Shown in pieces: positions 36,923-50,644 of a DNA stretch of 64,000 bases. The notes beneath the pieces are model-generated. The model saw nothing but the letters and a program-made list of their open reading frames with translations. It searched no databases and was not told the origin of the DNA. Position 1 is the stretch's first letter. Every line of letters begins with the position of its first letter. The position numbers were made by a program, and so were the translations under genes. The DNA lies in contig NC_045697.1 in assembly GCF_009834535.1 (NCBI RefSeq), positions 113,586,001-113,650,000 on the forward strand, given 5' to 3'. This DNA comes from Camelus ferus. Taxonomy: Eukaryota.

Positions 36923-38190
36923 GTCTACATCATGACAGTAAATTAACTCTTCTGATTTTCTTCATGCCATTTGCCCAAGATTCTAAAGTTCAGGAAAGAC
37001 CCTCCTTGCACTTTGTAGCTTGCCACTTTTCTGGGGCTAAAAAGTTACTCTGATTGACAGCTCCATCACCCATACATAGATTGAGTGAGGAAGGTAGGAA
37101 GGTTGGGACGATGCTTCCAGTAGGAGAGGGAAATACTGAGATGACACTTCATTATACATTCCTCTAGAAAGAACTCACGTTGTTTGCAATTCTTAACAAC
37201 CTATGTGACGGAAAAAACTGACTGCTACATTCACAGACATTCACAGTTTAGATTTTCAATCATTCATGAGTGAACCTGAAGGTCTGTGATATGCTGCCAT
37301 TTACTAATGTGCCAGGGAATAAAAGAGATGGGAGCCTGGAGTTACTTAGATGATAAAGAAACCTTATCTATAGCCCAATATCTGATCATCAATAAAAGTT
37401 TGTTGCTTTCTACTGCATAATCAACACAGTAGTCTATTATCCACTTACAAAAAGGTCACTTCAATATTTCAGTCATTCTTCATTGCATTTTAAGTAGGAA
37501 TTTTTACATGCCAGAGACATTAATACATTCAGTAGATGTTTTCAGGTCTCCTCAAGCTGCTATCCAAGTGGATATGTATGGAATACCCAGTTCTCTTAAG
37601 CAAGCAAGGATGAAAACTTCAAAAATGTAATTACTTTCCTATAGACAATAGTTCTGTGATATCGCATCTCTCTTTTGAATTAAATCAGGATTTTGCATTA
37701 ATCCAAAAAAAGCTGTATCCTATTTAAAGAGTTTTTAATTACAAGGTCTGAACCAGATAGAAAATAGATACATGGAACATTAAGGGACATAATTATCTAG
37801 AGCTGACAATTGGTCCAGATGTCAGATGCAACACCAATAGCTTTACATACAGAAGTGTTTTCAGCTTAAAGAGATTGATTTAACCATTTCACGCAACTCA
37901 GGCATAAACAATATTTTCAGATGGCATATGGATGGATAGTGTCAGATGGCTTAAATTTTGAATAATCTGAAAAGTGTGTTTACAGAGGAACAAGTACCAT
38001 GCCAGATCACACTACATCAGTGACTACTGGGCAAAAAGAACTAATACATGGATATTCTGCTCTTCTTGCTAGAAGTCTGTATGTAGAGAGCTAGAAAAAA
38101 CATGTAATATTACTAACTAAGAATTTTACAGTTACTAATTATTTGCAATATTCTTTTATCTTCATCCTGTCGTTCATTAAGACCTCTCCC

Positions 38191-38359
38191 AACAACTTCA
38201 TACTGTACAGTGCAGGGAACTCTATTTAATATCTTGTGGTAACTTACAGTGAAAAAGAACATGGAAACAAACATATGTATGCTCCTCTATGACTGACGTA
38301 TTATGATGTACACCAGAAACTGACACAACACTGCAAGCTGACTGTACTTCAGTAAAAAT
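38191..38359 (+). mobile_element. L1 3'UTR end
   Basis: 'ctgtacagtgcagggaactctatttaatatcttgtggtaac...gtacaccagaaactgacacaacactg...gactgtacttca'; degenerate TSD AGACCTCTCCC/AGACTCCTCCC. Confidence 0.85.
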
Positions 38360-38879
38360 AGACTCCTCCCCCCAAACCGCTTGAACTATATGTGTCGTTT
38401 CCTCTCATATATCTTGCTTAGTGTCTGTAAGATCTTATTGTGTGTGTGTGTTTATGTGTTTGGGGGATGGGGAGGAGCAGTTTGAAGCCCTTACAATCAC
38501 TCTCTGACTTTCAGAAGTCCACCTGTCCCACATTCTAATTAGTTTAGAGGAAATGCCATTACATCATTCAGTAAGTTACTATTTTAATCATTAATCAATC
38601 ATTGAATTTATTTATTAATAACATTGAGAACCTACTTAAAAATGTGTATAATGATCTCAACTCCCAAGGAATTTTAGGCTCATGGGAGACCAAAATTGAA
38701 CTTCTTCTTTTTACGAATATGATTCCATAAAATTATTCGTCCTGTTATACTGTTATTTTTAAATAATTAATGCATTAATCATTTTTTAAAAAGTGACTAT
38801 GTGATTGAAGCAATGATATTATCTCACGGTGATTTCTGTCAATTAATTTCATATTTTAATCTGCTTCTGACAATTTTTA

Positions 38880-39425
38880 CTGTTCCAATTATTTATTGAT
38901 ATCTAAAAAAATTACCCCAAAATTTAATTATGCAAAAGAACCATTTTGTATGCTCACAGATGCAATGCAGCATTAGGACTGAGACAGGACAAAGGGGGGA
39001 CCATTTTTCTCTGTTCAGTGATGTTTGAAGATTGAACTAACTCTCTACACATAGGGGATAAACTGGCTGATACTTGCTGGTGGTTGATAAGCTGGTCCCT
39101 TTGCTTGACCTTCAGTTGTAATACAGTGTTTGTGGCCCCCCAGTGGGTCAGAGCTTTCCTACAATATGGTCCATGGGTTCCCATGGTAAGTATCCCAAGG
39201 GACAGAAGTTGGCAGAAATTGCATTTCCTGTTGTAACTTAGTCTTGTAAGTCATGCCATGTTATTTCTGCTATGTCATATTTGCTTGAAGCATTTACAAA
39301 GATCCACCTGGTTTCAAGAGAAGAGAAAAGATCTCCAGCTCTTGCTGGGGTAGAGACAAATTTCTGAGAGAACATGTAAGATTGGAAATATTGTGTCCTT
39401 TGTTGGCAAACACAATTTGCCAGAG
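38880..39425 (-). mobile_element. MaLR LTR, MLT1G/H-like
   Basis: 'aaattaccccaaaattta', 'gctcacagat', 'aagtcatgccatgttatttctgc', end 'aaacacaatttgccaga'. Confidence 0.7.
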
Positions 39426-39459
39426 TCCACCATCTGGCGACAACAGCTCATATTAGAAC

Positions 39460-40689
39460 TGATGTTTGTCCCAGAGCAGAATCTAAATCTGAGACAGTGG
39501 TTTTAGAACTAAGCTGCAGGTGGAAGCTGGAAGGGCCTTGAGAAGAATGTTAGTAAAAGACTGAGAAGAAACTGTGAGAAAGGTCCTAATTGCCTTCGAA
39601 AGCCTATTGATGAGAACGTAATGAAAGACAGATAAACGTTACTGGAAGCTGAAGAGCTGGGGTCCCTTGTGAATACAGTGGAAGAAACCTGGCAGCACCG
39701 CGGCCTGAAGTAACATAGAAAGAGAAAATGTACCTAAGGGACTGATGAACTAGCCAAGGATATTTCCAGGAAGAGAGCTGAAGGGGACCTGGCTTCTCCT
39801 TGCTGCCCATAGTAAAATGTGAGAGACTAGCAAACAGCTGAAGTAAGAACAATATCGTTTGAAGTATCATACGTTTTCTTAGTTTAAAAATAAACATTTT
39901 TTTTTGACCCAGCTTTTTCAGGTAGCAAATGTTTTTAAAATTGGAAACGGTTTCAAGGTTAAATACAGGAAACTGCAACAAACAAATAGTTCTATAAATG
40001 GAATCAAGACCCTGAAAGTAAAATACTTTGTCAAGACTTCTGAAAAATCTAAAATCAAGCCTCAGACACCTGTTCAAAAAAATAATAAAGCCCCTGTAAG
40101 TATGTTTAGGCCATTTGTCACATATCTTTTCTAAGCATATCTTTTCTAAGGGCTTTCTTGAATCTTAAGTCCTGTGAAAGACTTACAGGGTATAGAATAG
40201 CTTTTCTAGATCAAATTTCTGGGGTTGTTTTTTTGTCTAATGGAGTGAATTATAAATTGATTCATAAGAAACCTGCAAAAATTTGAAAGAAAATACATTG
40301 GCTAGTGCTGGAAAGAAGAGACAGTACAAAATGAAAAAAAAAAAAAAGAATTCAATCTTTGAACTTCTCAAGGTAGCAAGAATGCTGAGAAACTTACTAA
40401 CCTGCAGACACAGGCCTACATATTTTTTTGAGGAGGAGGAATAATTTAAATGGTATCACCAAATTCAAGAATGTGGGGAATCTCTCCCAGGCAGGAGGGT
40501 TGTATTCCAGTTGATGACTAGTATTATATGCTTACCTGGACTTCAAAATTGCTATGGACCAGCGACTTCTGCATGCATCTGATTTTCCTTCTTTTGGAAC
40601 AAGACTATGTATGGCAATGATAGTTTCTGCCTTCTTCTATTGTATATTAAGTGTATGGGAGTCATTTAATTAGTCTCTGTATTAACAGG
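39460..40689 (+). mobile_element. MaLR internal (MLT1-int) fossil
   Basis: 'ggaagctggaagggccttgagaagaatgttag', 'ctagccaaggatatttccagg', 'ttgctgcccatagtaaaatgtgagag', 'gctatggaccagcgact' are typical MLT-int motifs. Confidence 0.7.
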
Positions 40690-40770
40690 TGTATTAGTCA
40701 GGATTCCCTAAAAAAAAAAGAGAACCAATTTATTGAGAGAGAGAAAGAGAGAGCAGGAGAGAGAGAGGAA
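40690..40770 (-). mobile_element. MLT2-like terminus with (GA)n
   Basis: 'tgtattagtcaggattcc...agaaccaat' followed by a GA repeat. Confidence 0.6.
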
Positions 40771-40774
40771 GTTG

Positions 40775-41470
40775 GACCACTAAGATGGTAATAACAATAA
40801 TAACAATAATAATAACAACAATGAAAAAGCAAGTGTTGACAAGGATGTGGTGAAATTGGAACACTCATACATGGCTAGTGGAAATGTAAAATGGTTCAGT
40901 ACTGTGGAAGATGGTTTGGTGGTTCCTCAAAATGTTAAACATAAAATTACCATATGATCCAGCAATTCCACTCTCAGGTGTATACTCAAAAGAATAGAAA
41001 ACAGGTACTCAAACAAGTACATATGCATGTGTCTTCATTGTAGCATTATTTATAATAGCCACAAGGTGAACATACTACCAACTGTTATATATACACACAG
41101 TGGAGTATTATTCAGGCATAAAAAATGAAGAACTGTTACACAAGACATAGAGGAAGCTGAAAAACATGCTAAATGAAAGAAACCACATACAAAATGTCAT
41201 ATAATGTATGATTTATTTTATAAATAATATCCAGAAGAGGTAAATCTATACAGATAGAACACATTTTGAAAGTTACCAGGGGAAGGGGTTAGTGGAGAAT
41301 AGAGGATAACTACTTAACAGATGAGAGATTTCCTTTTGTGCTGATGAAGATATTTTTAGCTAGATGGAGTTGGAATTTGTACAACAATGTTCATGTACTA
41401 ACTGCCACTGAGTTACCCACTTTAAAACTGGTTGATTCTATGTTATGTAAATTTCACTTCAATATAAATG
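40775..41470 (+). mobile_element. L1MB-like 3' end
   Basis: 'caagtgttgacaaggatgtgg', 'accatatgatccagcaattccactc', 'aacaggtactcaaacaagtac', end 'tatgtaaatttcacttcaat'. Confidence 0.9.
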
Positions 41471-44400
41471 TTAAAAATTAACTAAAAACACTAAAAGGGA
41501 AGATTAATTATTCAATCACATAGAAAAAATATTCTAGCAAAGCCCACATACACAGAGGCAAAGAACTAATGTGAAAATTCTTTGAAACTGATAACACAGA
41601 AATAGACAAATATGTCTAAAATGTTCTACCTGCCTAAATCTTAATAAGAAAAAGCAATCTAATGAAAAATGGGCAAAATACAAGCACAAACCATAAATAG
41701 AAAAGTAAATAAAATTGTTTTGAACATTTACAAAAATGCTTAACTTCAGACTTTAAAAGGAGAATATAAATAGAATCTTTAGTATGTTACTTTTTAAACT
41801 TTTTAGACAACGATGAAAATGCTAAAATTACACAGACTGAGCTAGAGAACGGAGAATAGGCACTTTCTCCCTTTTTAGTGGGCCTCTATGTCTGCAAATT
41901 TTCTCATTGTTTTACTGTCCACTGCACCAGTTCGCTAGTGAAAGAGAAGAGACAGTACCATCCCATATCTAGAATCCAAGATTTTATCTTCCCCACCACT
42001 CGCAGTGCTCCTCAGTGTGGATATTCTCTACAGAATGTGTATTCTCTAGAGTTTATCTTCATGTACCTGCTAACCTAGGGAACTGTCTTTGATGCTTATC
42101 ACTCTTTTGGCTACTGGACACTTAGTATCCCTTCTTTTCATTGTTGCCCTTACGTAAAAAATAAAAATCTTTGATAAACTCAGTTGCACGTTTTTGCTCA
42201 ATAGTCTCCTGTTAATATATATTGAAAACATTTAGTTCCTCTGCTTTATTACATCATGTATTTTACAACTAATTTTAATGTCTTTAAAATGAATACATCT
42301 GACACTTAATTTGCATGTAAGTTTATTTCTTAGGAAATAATAAAACTCATATTCTCGTAATAGCCACAAAACAAAACTTCTTCATCATAATTTATGGATG
42401 TGAGGGATGGGGATCAATAGACATTTAGGGTCTATGACTACTGTAAAATGTAAAACAAATATTAAGCCTTTGTGAGAATTTGTGGTTTCCATGAGACAAT
42501 AATGCATATAATTTATAATTTAATAATTATGTAATATTATAATAATTTATATTATTACAGTATGTAATAATGTATCATTAATGCATATAACTGTTATGTA
42601 TATATAATTTATAATACATAACTTGTAATACAAAATCTGTTTGTTTATTATGTTCATATTTAAGATGCATAGTTCATCTTCAGTAGAGGATTTATCTACA
42701 TCTACCTTGCAAATTAACATCTTTTCAAAATAAGTTATATAAAATGGGCATTTAGCTAATACCTAAATTTCTGTAAAAAATTTGAAAAGTTTGTATTGTT
42801 AATAATATAATATTTAGATAGTTATAAGAAGGCTAAGTATATCAAATAGTACCACAGTCAAATATTTATAGCAATGTTAAATTACTAAATAAACAACATA
42901 TTGTCATTTTAGAAAATATAGAAAATCTAAAGAATAAAATGAAAACATCCTACCATCCAGAAGTAATCATTGCTAATTTAGTGGCATAAATAATTCTTTC
43001 TATTCCTTTAAAATTATATAGTTTAAGTCTACATAAAATCAGTAGTTTAATTCTTTCACATCCAGTAATTATATCTTGATATGAGTTTAAACATAAGTAT
43101 TCATCTGATATTGCCAAACTTGAATCAAAAGACCTCTTACCAAACAACACAAGGAATTTATGTGTTTAAAACTTTTTCAGGAGGAAAGGAAAAGATAAAA
43201 TACATTCATGATAACATCTAACTGCAGAATGCAAACCACTTCTTGATATTACTGTTTTTCCTGTTCATCACCATCCTCATAATTAAGCAGATAAGTGGAG
43301 GAAATTGCTTTTTAGCTATTGTAACATAATTGACCTTCTGTAAACATCCAATATTCCTCCATGAGGTATTCGGGGACAGCAGGTGAGGGGGGGAAATTGG
43401 TTTTTAAATATAAGCTGCATTTTTAATTTAGAAGAAATAGCTATCCGTATGCACACACATTTCTTATTCACAGTGTTGATTTGTATAGACAAAATATTGT
43501 CAGGTTAAGCAGGAATATGAAAGCATTGGTTAAAAAAAAGTGTTTCTTTTCCTGGAAAAGATAATGAGTAACAGATTTTTAAAAATTTTAGATAAATGAT
43601 AGTGGTCATGGCATGTGAGGCAATATATATCCCTCACTTCCAATGGGCTCTGAAAGCTGCAAAATTTTTATTCAGAAGTAAATACGTAAGGTAAGCATTG
43701 CTATTTCATTTTGTCCTTCCAGAAAGAACTAATGTCTGAAAGGCTTGGACTTGCTATCTACATTTTTTTTTTTTTTTTTTTTTTGCTTTTTACAATGTTC
43801 TGATGCAAGTTGTTTATTTACTAAACACATATGTCCCTCCATGTGTAAAAGAGTTAATACCATTATTACCACCTTATCATGCTGCTGTGTGGCCTCGTAC
43901 GCAGGGCCCAGCGTGATACTGGTTTCATATGGGGTTACTGCACTTGCTTCTCCTGATATAATCGGAGGTTGAGCTGGCAGGTACTTCATGTCATGTCCGT
44001 TGTTCCCTCTCCTGGTCTTTACAGGGGTCAGGTACTTACATAGTAAGATGCGAGGGGGAGGAAAAACTACTTACCCATTATGTAAAATTCTCCTTCTTAA
44101 AGAGAAACCAGTTTTAAAAACAGCAGCTCGATCTCAAAGCTAGTGGCCAAGGAGGCAGTGTGTCTAGGGTAGGGCTTTGTGAATCACTGCTGATTTTCTC
44201 AGATCGAAGATGTCATGCCTGGAGGACCAAAGTTCACACTTTGAGGATGTGCTGCTCTGATCCCAAATCTCCCAGTTGCCAAAGATCCCTGACTTCAGTC
44301 TTAAACTCCAACTACAAAATAGTGTGACTGTTTTTTTTTTTTTATTCTGACATATTGATGAACATTATTAAAAGGGATCAATCTATTTAAGTCTGTTTAA

Positions 44401-44639
44401 CCAAGGGATGCTATACATCTTCTTGGACAAGGGGCAGAGAAAGAGACAGGGCAAAGGGAGAAGGAGAGAGAGTAGATGAATATTACGTGTATGTGACTGA
44501 TTCAAGGATTTGTTAAGAATAAAGCAAGGGGAGAGGAGGTTTAAAAAAATGGCTTGACCTGGGCTAAGATCTGAGGTCATCTATTTTCTTTCTTAATCTT
44601 CAGTTGGCACTCTCATTTAAGGCACTTACACATTTGTAG

Positions 44640-45379
44640 TTTATTCACTTAACTGGTACATATTCCCCACTGCTAAATGCCAAACATTGTCCGAGAGCAC
44701 TGGAAGTAGAATGAATAAGGCTGGCAAGTTCTCTGCTTTTGGAAACTATGTTCTGATATGAGGACCAATACACAGAAACCAATTTATTGGCTTAAAACTT
44801 TGGGTAACTGATCAAGGGTCAGCTTACGTTAAATGCGCACGGAGGATGAACACGAGGTGGCAGGGTACAAAGTGCCAGAGCGGTCACTTTGCGTGGCAGG
44901 GTGGCAGGGCCACAGACACCTCTCTGAGGAGGTTGTATGAAAGCCAAGTTCAGGATTCTGAGAAGAGAGATTGTGAAGATCGAGAGCAATGACTTTCCAG
45001 GCAGCAGGCTAATTACTGAAAAAGCCTTAAAATGGGAACAGATTTGGCATGCACGCTTGTGGACAAGCACATGGCATGGCTGGGGGAGTCTACCTTCCAT
45101 GGTCAGAGGTGAGACCCAGGAAGCCCAACCACAAGCCCCAGAAAGGGCTTTAGATTTCATTCAAAGGGAAGAAACTGGAGAGTTCCAAGCAGGAAAGTGA
45201 TCTGATTGGACCTATCTTTATTTTTCCCCTGACTTATTGAAATATGATTGACATATGACATTGTTTGAGCGGTGCAATGTGATGATTTGATACATGTACA
45301 TATTATGAAATGATCTCCATAGTAAGGACAGTTAACACATCCATCATCTCAGATACTTGCCTTGTGTGTGTGTATGTGC

Positions 45380-45415
<36 letters not shown>

Positions 45416-46500
45416 TGAGAACATTTTAGATCTACTCTCTTCATCTCTTTCAAATATACAGTACAGTATTGTTAACTATAATCACCATGATCTATCTTTA
45501 AAGGAGACTTGCGGCCTCTCTATAAAAAAAAAATAGATTGCAGAGGAGCAGTTACAATCAGGGAAGGGATGAGAAGAGTGAGCTGGCTGGGATGGGAGAG
45601 GCAGAGATGGAAGGATGAGGGAGGAGTCGAGATTTGCTCTGAGGTACAGCTGCCGGGACTTGCTGATGGAATGGATGCGTGGATGAGGACAAAGAAGACC
45701 ATTTTTTTTCTGTTATGATGCTGCTTACTTGTCCTGGACTCTGATGGGGGACTGTGCTGGGAAGAGTAGCTTAGTGCGGATGGAAGGGTGTCGGTGGAAA
45801 TCTGGGGATGCGATTAGCCTCCTTAAGCTTGGATATTAAGTGTCCCGGACAAGATGTAGAGGAAGCAGATCTGAATACGTCGACCCCAGAGTTCTTGGGG
45901 CAGGGAAGGATTGCTTCTTAGGTTTGGGAGTTATTGGCACAAAGATGGTGTTTAAAGCCATAGAACTTGATAAGGTTCCCTAAAAAAAAGAGGATAGACA
46001 GATAGGTAAATCTTCATATTTAAGGGGGACAAATGAGTGGAAGTTAGGAAAGGCATGCTAAATCGAACTTCAAGAAAGGGCAAGAGAAACAATGATGTTG
46101 AGAATACAGGTAAGGAGAGAATTATAAAAGGAAGCAATACCAGTGACTATTTGTGAAACTCCAGTCGCCGTGGAATGATACAAGAAACCAAGTCGTTTTA
46201 GAGGAGAAAATACGAGATGAAGTGGAAGCAGAAATTATGAAAACTTGGTCCATTTTCAAAAGAAATCAGAGGAGACAGGGTAGTCTGTAGAGGCATGTAG
46301 GACAGTGGGAAAAGTTCTGATTTTTAAAAATTTTTGTTACTGCTTTTTAATAGGGACATAAGAATGGTAGCCAACTGATGAGACTGTCTGGTGGAGAGGG
46401 AGAAACTGATCATGAAAAACGAAATGAACTATAAGAGCAGATTTCTTAACGTGAGAGTTCAAGTGAAAGACATTTTCTGATGGGAGCAAGACATTTCTCA
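44640..46500 (-). mobile_element. Long L2 fragment interrupted by an L1
   Basis: L2 antisense motifs ('ttccaggcagcagg', 'gagttccaagcaggaaagtgatctgat', 'ggacttgctgatggaatggatg', 'gatggtgtttaaagccat'). Confidence 0.75.
45221..45491 (-). mobile_element. L1MA9/10-like 3' end containing (TG)n
   Basis: 'gtgatgatttgatacatgtacatattatgaaatgatc...cagtattgttaactataatcaccatg'; 9-bp TSD CTATCTTTA at 45212-45220 and 45492-45500. Confidence 0.88.
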
Positions 46501-49500
46501 TTCGTAGTCATAGGAGGCCAACAGTATCATCAAAACATACAGTTTTAATTACAGTGATCGTTTACTAGGTAAACACAACATAAAACCGTGCAATGTTTAT
46601 ACTTTAAAGAAATCCGCAATCACCGCACGTTCTTCTGTCGTTAAAGATGTATTTACCAAGCAAAATTAAGTCAGGGACTCACTGCAGAGTTTTGCTGTTT
46701 AACCGATTATGGGCCCACTGAATGCATGGCCATAAAATATCTTACATGAGTTTACCATAAAAAAATTTTCCCAATATTGACAAATAAGTCAGATCTATAC
46801 AAGAGATTTCTTTGGAAGAAAGAATAGATACTAAAAATATAATAAATTATTAATTCAAATTGAAAGAATTCAATTTCCAAAACTCATAAACAAATTTACC
46901 TTCCATATTCATAAAAAGACCCTCTATATTAATTAAAATTTAAATCTAAAATCAAATTACAGACCTTTTTACTAATAACTGCTGGGTGTTGTGTACAATT
47001 TGAAAGAAATAGAATGGCTTATTTGTGAAAGAATGCTCTAAGTGGATGTGCTCTATTGATAATTGGTTTCTTTGGGATTATAGATGCTTTCACTTGATTT
47101 GTTTTTTAACAAAAGATCTGCATCATGCTGAAATATTATTATCTATAAAATTTCGGATTAGGTCAGCTTTTTAAATCAGCTTCAATAATTATGAAGAGTT
47201 ATTTTTAATGCTCTAGAACGGTGGCTTTCAACAATATAATTGTCATATTTATGATTAATTTCTATTGCTAATAAATTGTTCATTAAACAAAATAATATAT
47301 GCTCGTTTTTACTATTTCAAACAATATGGATTGTATAGAGAAAAGTTTCATGGTCTCTTCATCCTTCACCTTCATCCTTCCTCTTCCCCCTGAAGTACCA
47401 GCCTCTATCAGGTGGTTGTGCATCTTGGAACAAATATCTCTGAGTTCATGGGAATATATGCAAATTAATATATTTGCAAGGAGAGTTTTTCTCATTATGT
47501 TTAATAGGAAATGTCTCCTGCAACTTGTTTTATTCACTTATTATTGTATTCATATACATCATGTTCTCTGTATGTATGTCTATTCATATGCACACATGCA
47601 CATATATCTGCATATTTATAACTCAAACATCTGGATGTATAAAACATGATCATCAGGATGACTTCAGTGGTTCTAAAGTAGAAGGCATATAAATATGCTT
47701 TACTATTTACTGAAAGTCTCTATATCTCCCTTACTCATTTCAAAATATCTCCATATTAGATATTACAATAATATTATCAGGCTTAAAGAATGAAGAACAA
47801 GAAAAAAAAATAATAGTGAGGACCAAATTTTCAGGAAATATTCATGCTCTTTTACATAAGTTTCAGTACTGTTACTGTGTGAATGTGTGTGAGTATTTTT
47901 TAGGGAGCTTTTGAAAAGAAAAAAATTGTTCTCACATTATAATTATGTAATTCTTTTAAAAAGTTTTTAAAATATCTTTTTTCCCTAATCTGAAGACAAT
48001 GCTAAAAGTTTTAAGCTTTTTTTTTTCCTTAAGTGACTATTGTCAAATCTCTTTTAGTGTTGGAAGTAAAAATAAAAGTATAAATTATCTGTTATCTTGA
48101 AATATCTTAATCACAATGACAGCATGAGAGCAACTCTTTCAATAAGCAGATTATACTAAAAGATTTATAATTACCCTTTTAATAATAAGATTGTGAGTTT
48201 ATCAGGACTGAGGAGAACTGAAGTAAGATTTACTGATAATTAGGATGTGCCAGGCTCTGTAGTTTGAGATTTGAATGCATTGTTTAATTCAGACCCAGTA
48301 ATAACCTTACAAAGGACCGATGATGGATAAACATCTATATTCATTAGTAATGCTTTCCAAAAATTATTTTGAGATTAATTACAAAAAATGATACTTTAGA
48401 CTTACATACATGGATCCTATTCTAATAAGAATAAAATACTAGATCATCAAACAGGATTTGCTAACACCAATTACTATAAAGGTATAAGTGATCATTCAAT
48501 TAACGATTGTTTCTTAATATCAAATATTGATGCATATCAATTTTTGGATTGACTTTTCTTAAAATTATGGAGTTTTCTCTAATATTATATTTGTGAAAAT
48601 TTTGAGTATCACAGCAAAGATCAGAGGAATTACATTTTCTTGTATGTTTTATCTGTAGGAGAAACTCACTTCCACCATGAGCAGCAGGAACACTGAGTCT
48701 AAGGAAATGAGCTAATGAGAATCCTCAACAAACCGGTAATGTCACTTAATAGACAGGACTTTGCGCCTAAGAAGAGGGATTTTGTAATAGTAGATGGAGC
48801 GTGGGAGGAGTTTAAGGAGAATTTATGGTAATTTTGTGGTCGTAACAACTTCAGTGAAAAAAAGATACTTGCTTAAGTGTTTCATTCTCTTTATGAAGAA
48901 ACCAGTGATAAATTGTGTCCATATCAAGAGCTCTTGGAACACATCCCCTTTACATTTGGATAATGGGAGTTATTTTGTGCAAAGGTGATCTCCAACTTTT
49001 TTTAATCGCTATCCATTGTCTTTCACACACAGTTTTTATAACCTATTTCTACCATATTAAATGTGTTTTTTTATGTTCCTTTATCTTCCACATTTGAGCC
49101 TACTTCAAGCCTGGCAGCACACGCAGAAGCATCCCATCCAAATGAAACTAAATGTGTGACTGTGTTTTCATATCTAGTAACTTCTATCTTTGAACAAATT
49201 TATAAGCTCGTAGTAAGACTTTCATTTTAATGGTTTTTCCCCCTCATCCCTACTTCATAGCAAGAGCAAGAATCAATAATATAGTCAAATAACCACTGCT
49301 ATGAGGAAAACTAAGAGAAAGACTAGAATTCATGTGACTGTTTGGGATGGATTAAAGACCAAGTCATGAAAGCACGATTTTATTGATAAAGATGGTTTGG
49401 CACGACCAACATGTACTGTTTGAAAATGCAGGTTGAGTGGAATCTAAATATATGAAATGTAAGGTATCTTCTCATGTAGTACTTTGTTCATTTTGCAAAT

Positions 49501-49717
49501 GAGATGCATATAGTAATCTGACCAAAGTAATAAGCTTTGAGTGAATAGAGTCCTGCCTTGAATTTAAGGGACTGTGAATTCTTTTATTATAATCTATCTA
49601 ATACGTTATCTTGCCTTTCATTTAAATTCCAAAGGTAAATTTATCTTCCTTTTACCATTATTGTTACAGTATTAAAAAAATAAGTTGAGGGCTCCATTTG
49701 AAGGCTATGTGAATCCC

Positions 49718-50644
49718 AAAATGGGCAGAAGACATAAACAAATATTTCTCCAAAGAAGACATACAGATGGCCAGTAAGCATGTGAAAAGATGCTCAACAC
49801 CACTAATTTTCAGAGAAATGCAAATCAAAACTACAATGACATACTACATCACACCAGTCAGAATGGCCATATCATAAAAATGTCTACAAATAACAAATGC
49901 TGGAGAGGGTGTGGAGAAAAGGGAACCCTCCTACACTGTTGTTGGGAATGTAGTTTGGCGCAGCAACTATGGAAAACAGTGTGGAGATTCTTCAAAAAAC
50001 TGAAAACTTATCCTATGTACCAGCAATTCCTCTCCTGAGCATATACCTGGAGGAAACTCTAATTGGAAAAGACACATGCACCCCAATGCTCATAGAAGCA
50101 CTAGTTACACTAGCCAAGACATGGAAGTAATCTAAATGTCTATCAGCAGATGACTGGATGAAGAAGATGTGTTATATATACATGTATAATGGAATACCAA
50201 CTCAGCCATAAAAAGAAGGGCAATCTGCCATTTGCAGCAACATGGATGGAGATGGAGATTTTCTTGCTAATTGAAGTAAACTAGAAATAGAAAAATAACA
50301 TATGTTATCACTTACATGTGGAATCTAAAGAAAAAAAAGGGACACAAATGAACTTATTTATAAAAACAGAGACAGACTCGCAGACATAGAAAACGAATTG
50401 ATAGTTACTGGGTGGGAAGGGATAAATTGAGAGTTCTGAATTTGTAGATACTAACTAGTATATATAAAATAGATAAATAATGAGGTCCTACTATATAGCA
50501 CAGGGAGCTATATTCCATATCTTGTAATGGCCTCTAATGAAAAAGAATATGAAATAAATTATATATATATATATCAATCATTATGCTGTATATCAGAAAT
50601 TAACACAACACTGTAAATTGATTATACTTCAGGCAAAAAAAAAA
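49718..50644 (+). mobile_element. L1 3' portion (ORF2 C-terminus + 3'UTR + poly(A))
   Basis: ORF 49790-50038 contains [41 protein letters not shown] (L1 ORF2 Cys-rich domain), followed by a canonical 3'UTR. Confidence 0.95.

Noticed and set aside
40121..40150. 15-bp tandem duplication CATATCTTTTCTAAG x2
   Set aside because: Ordinary slippage within a MaLR internal fossil.
42490..42640. Extremely AT-rich TAAT-dense stretch
   Set aside because: Low-complexity sequence with no specific structure.
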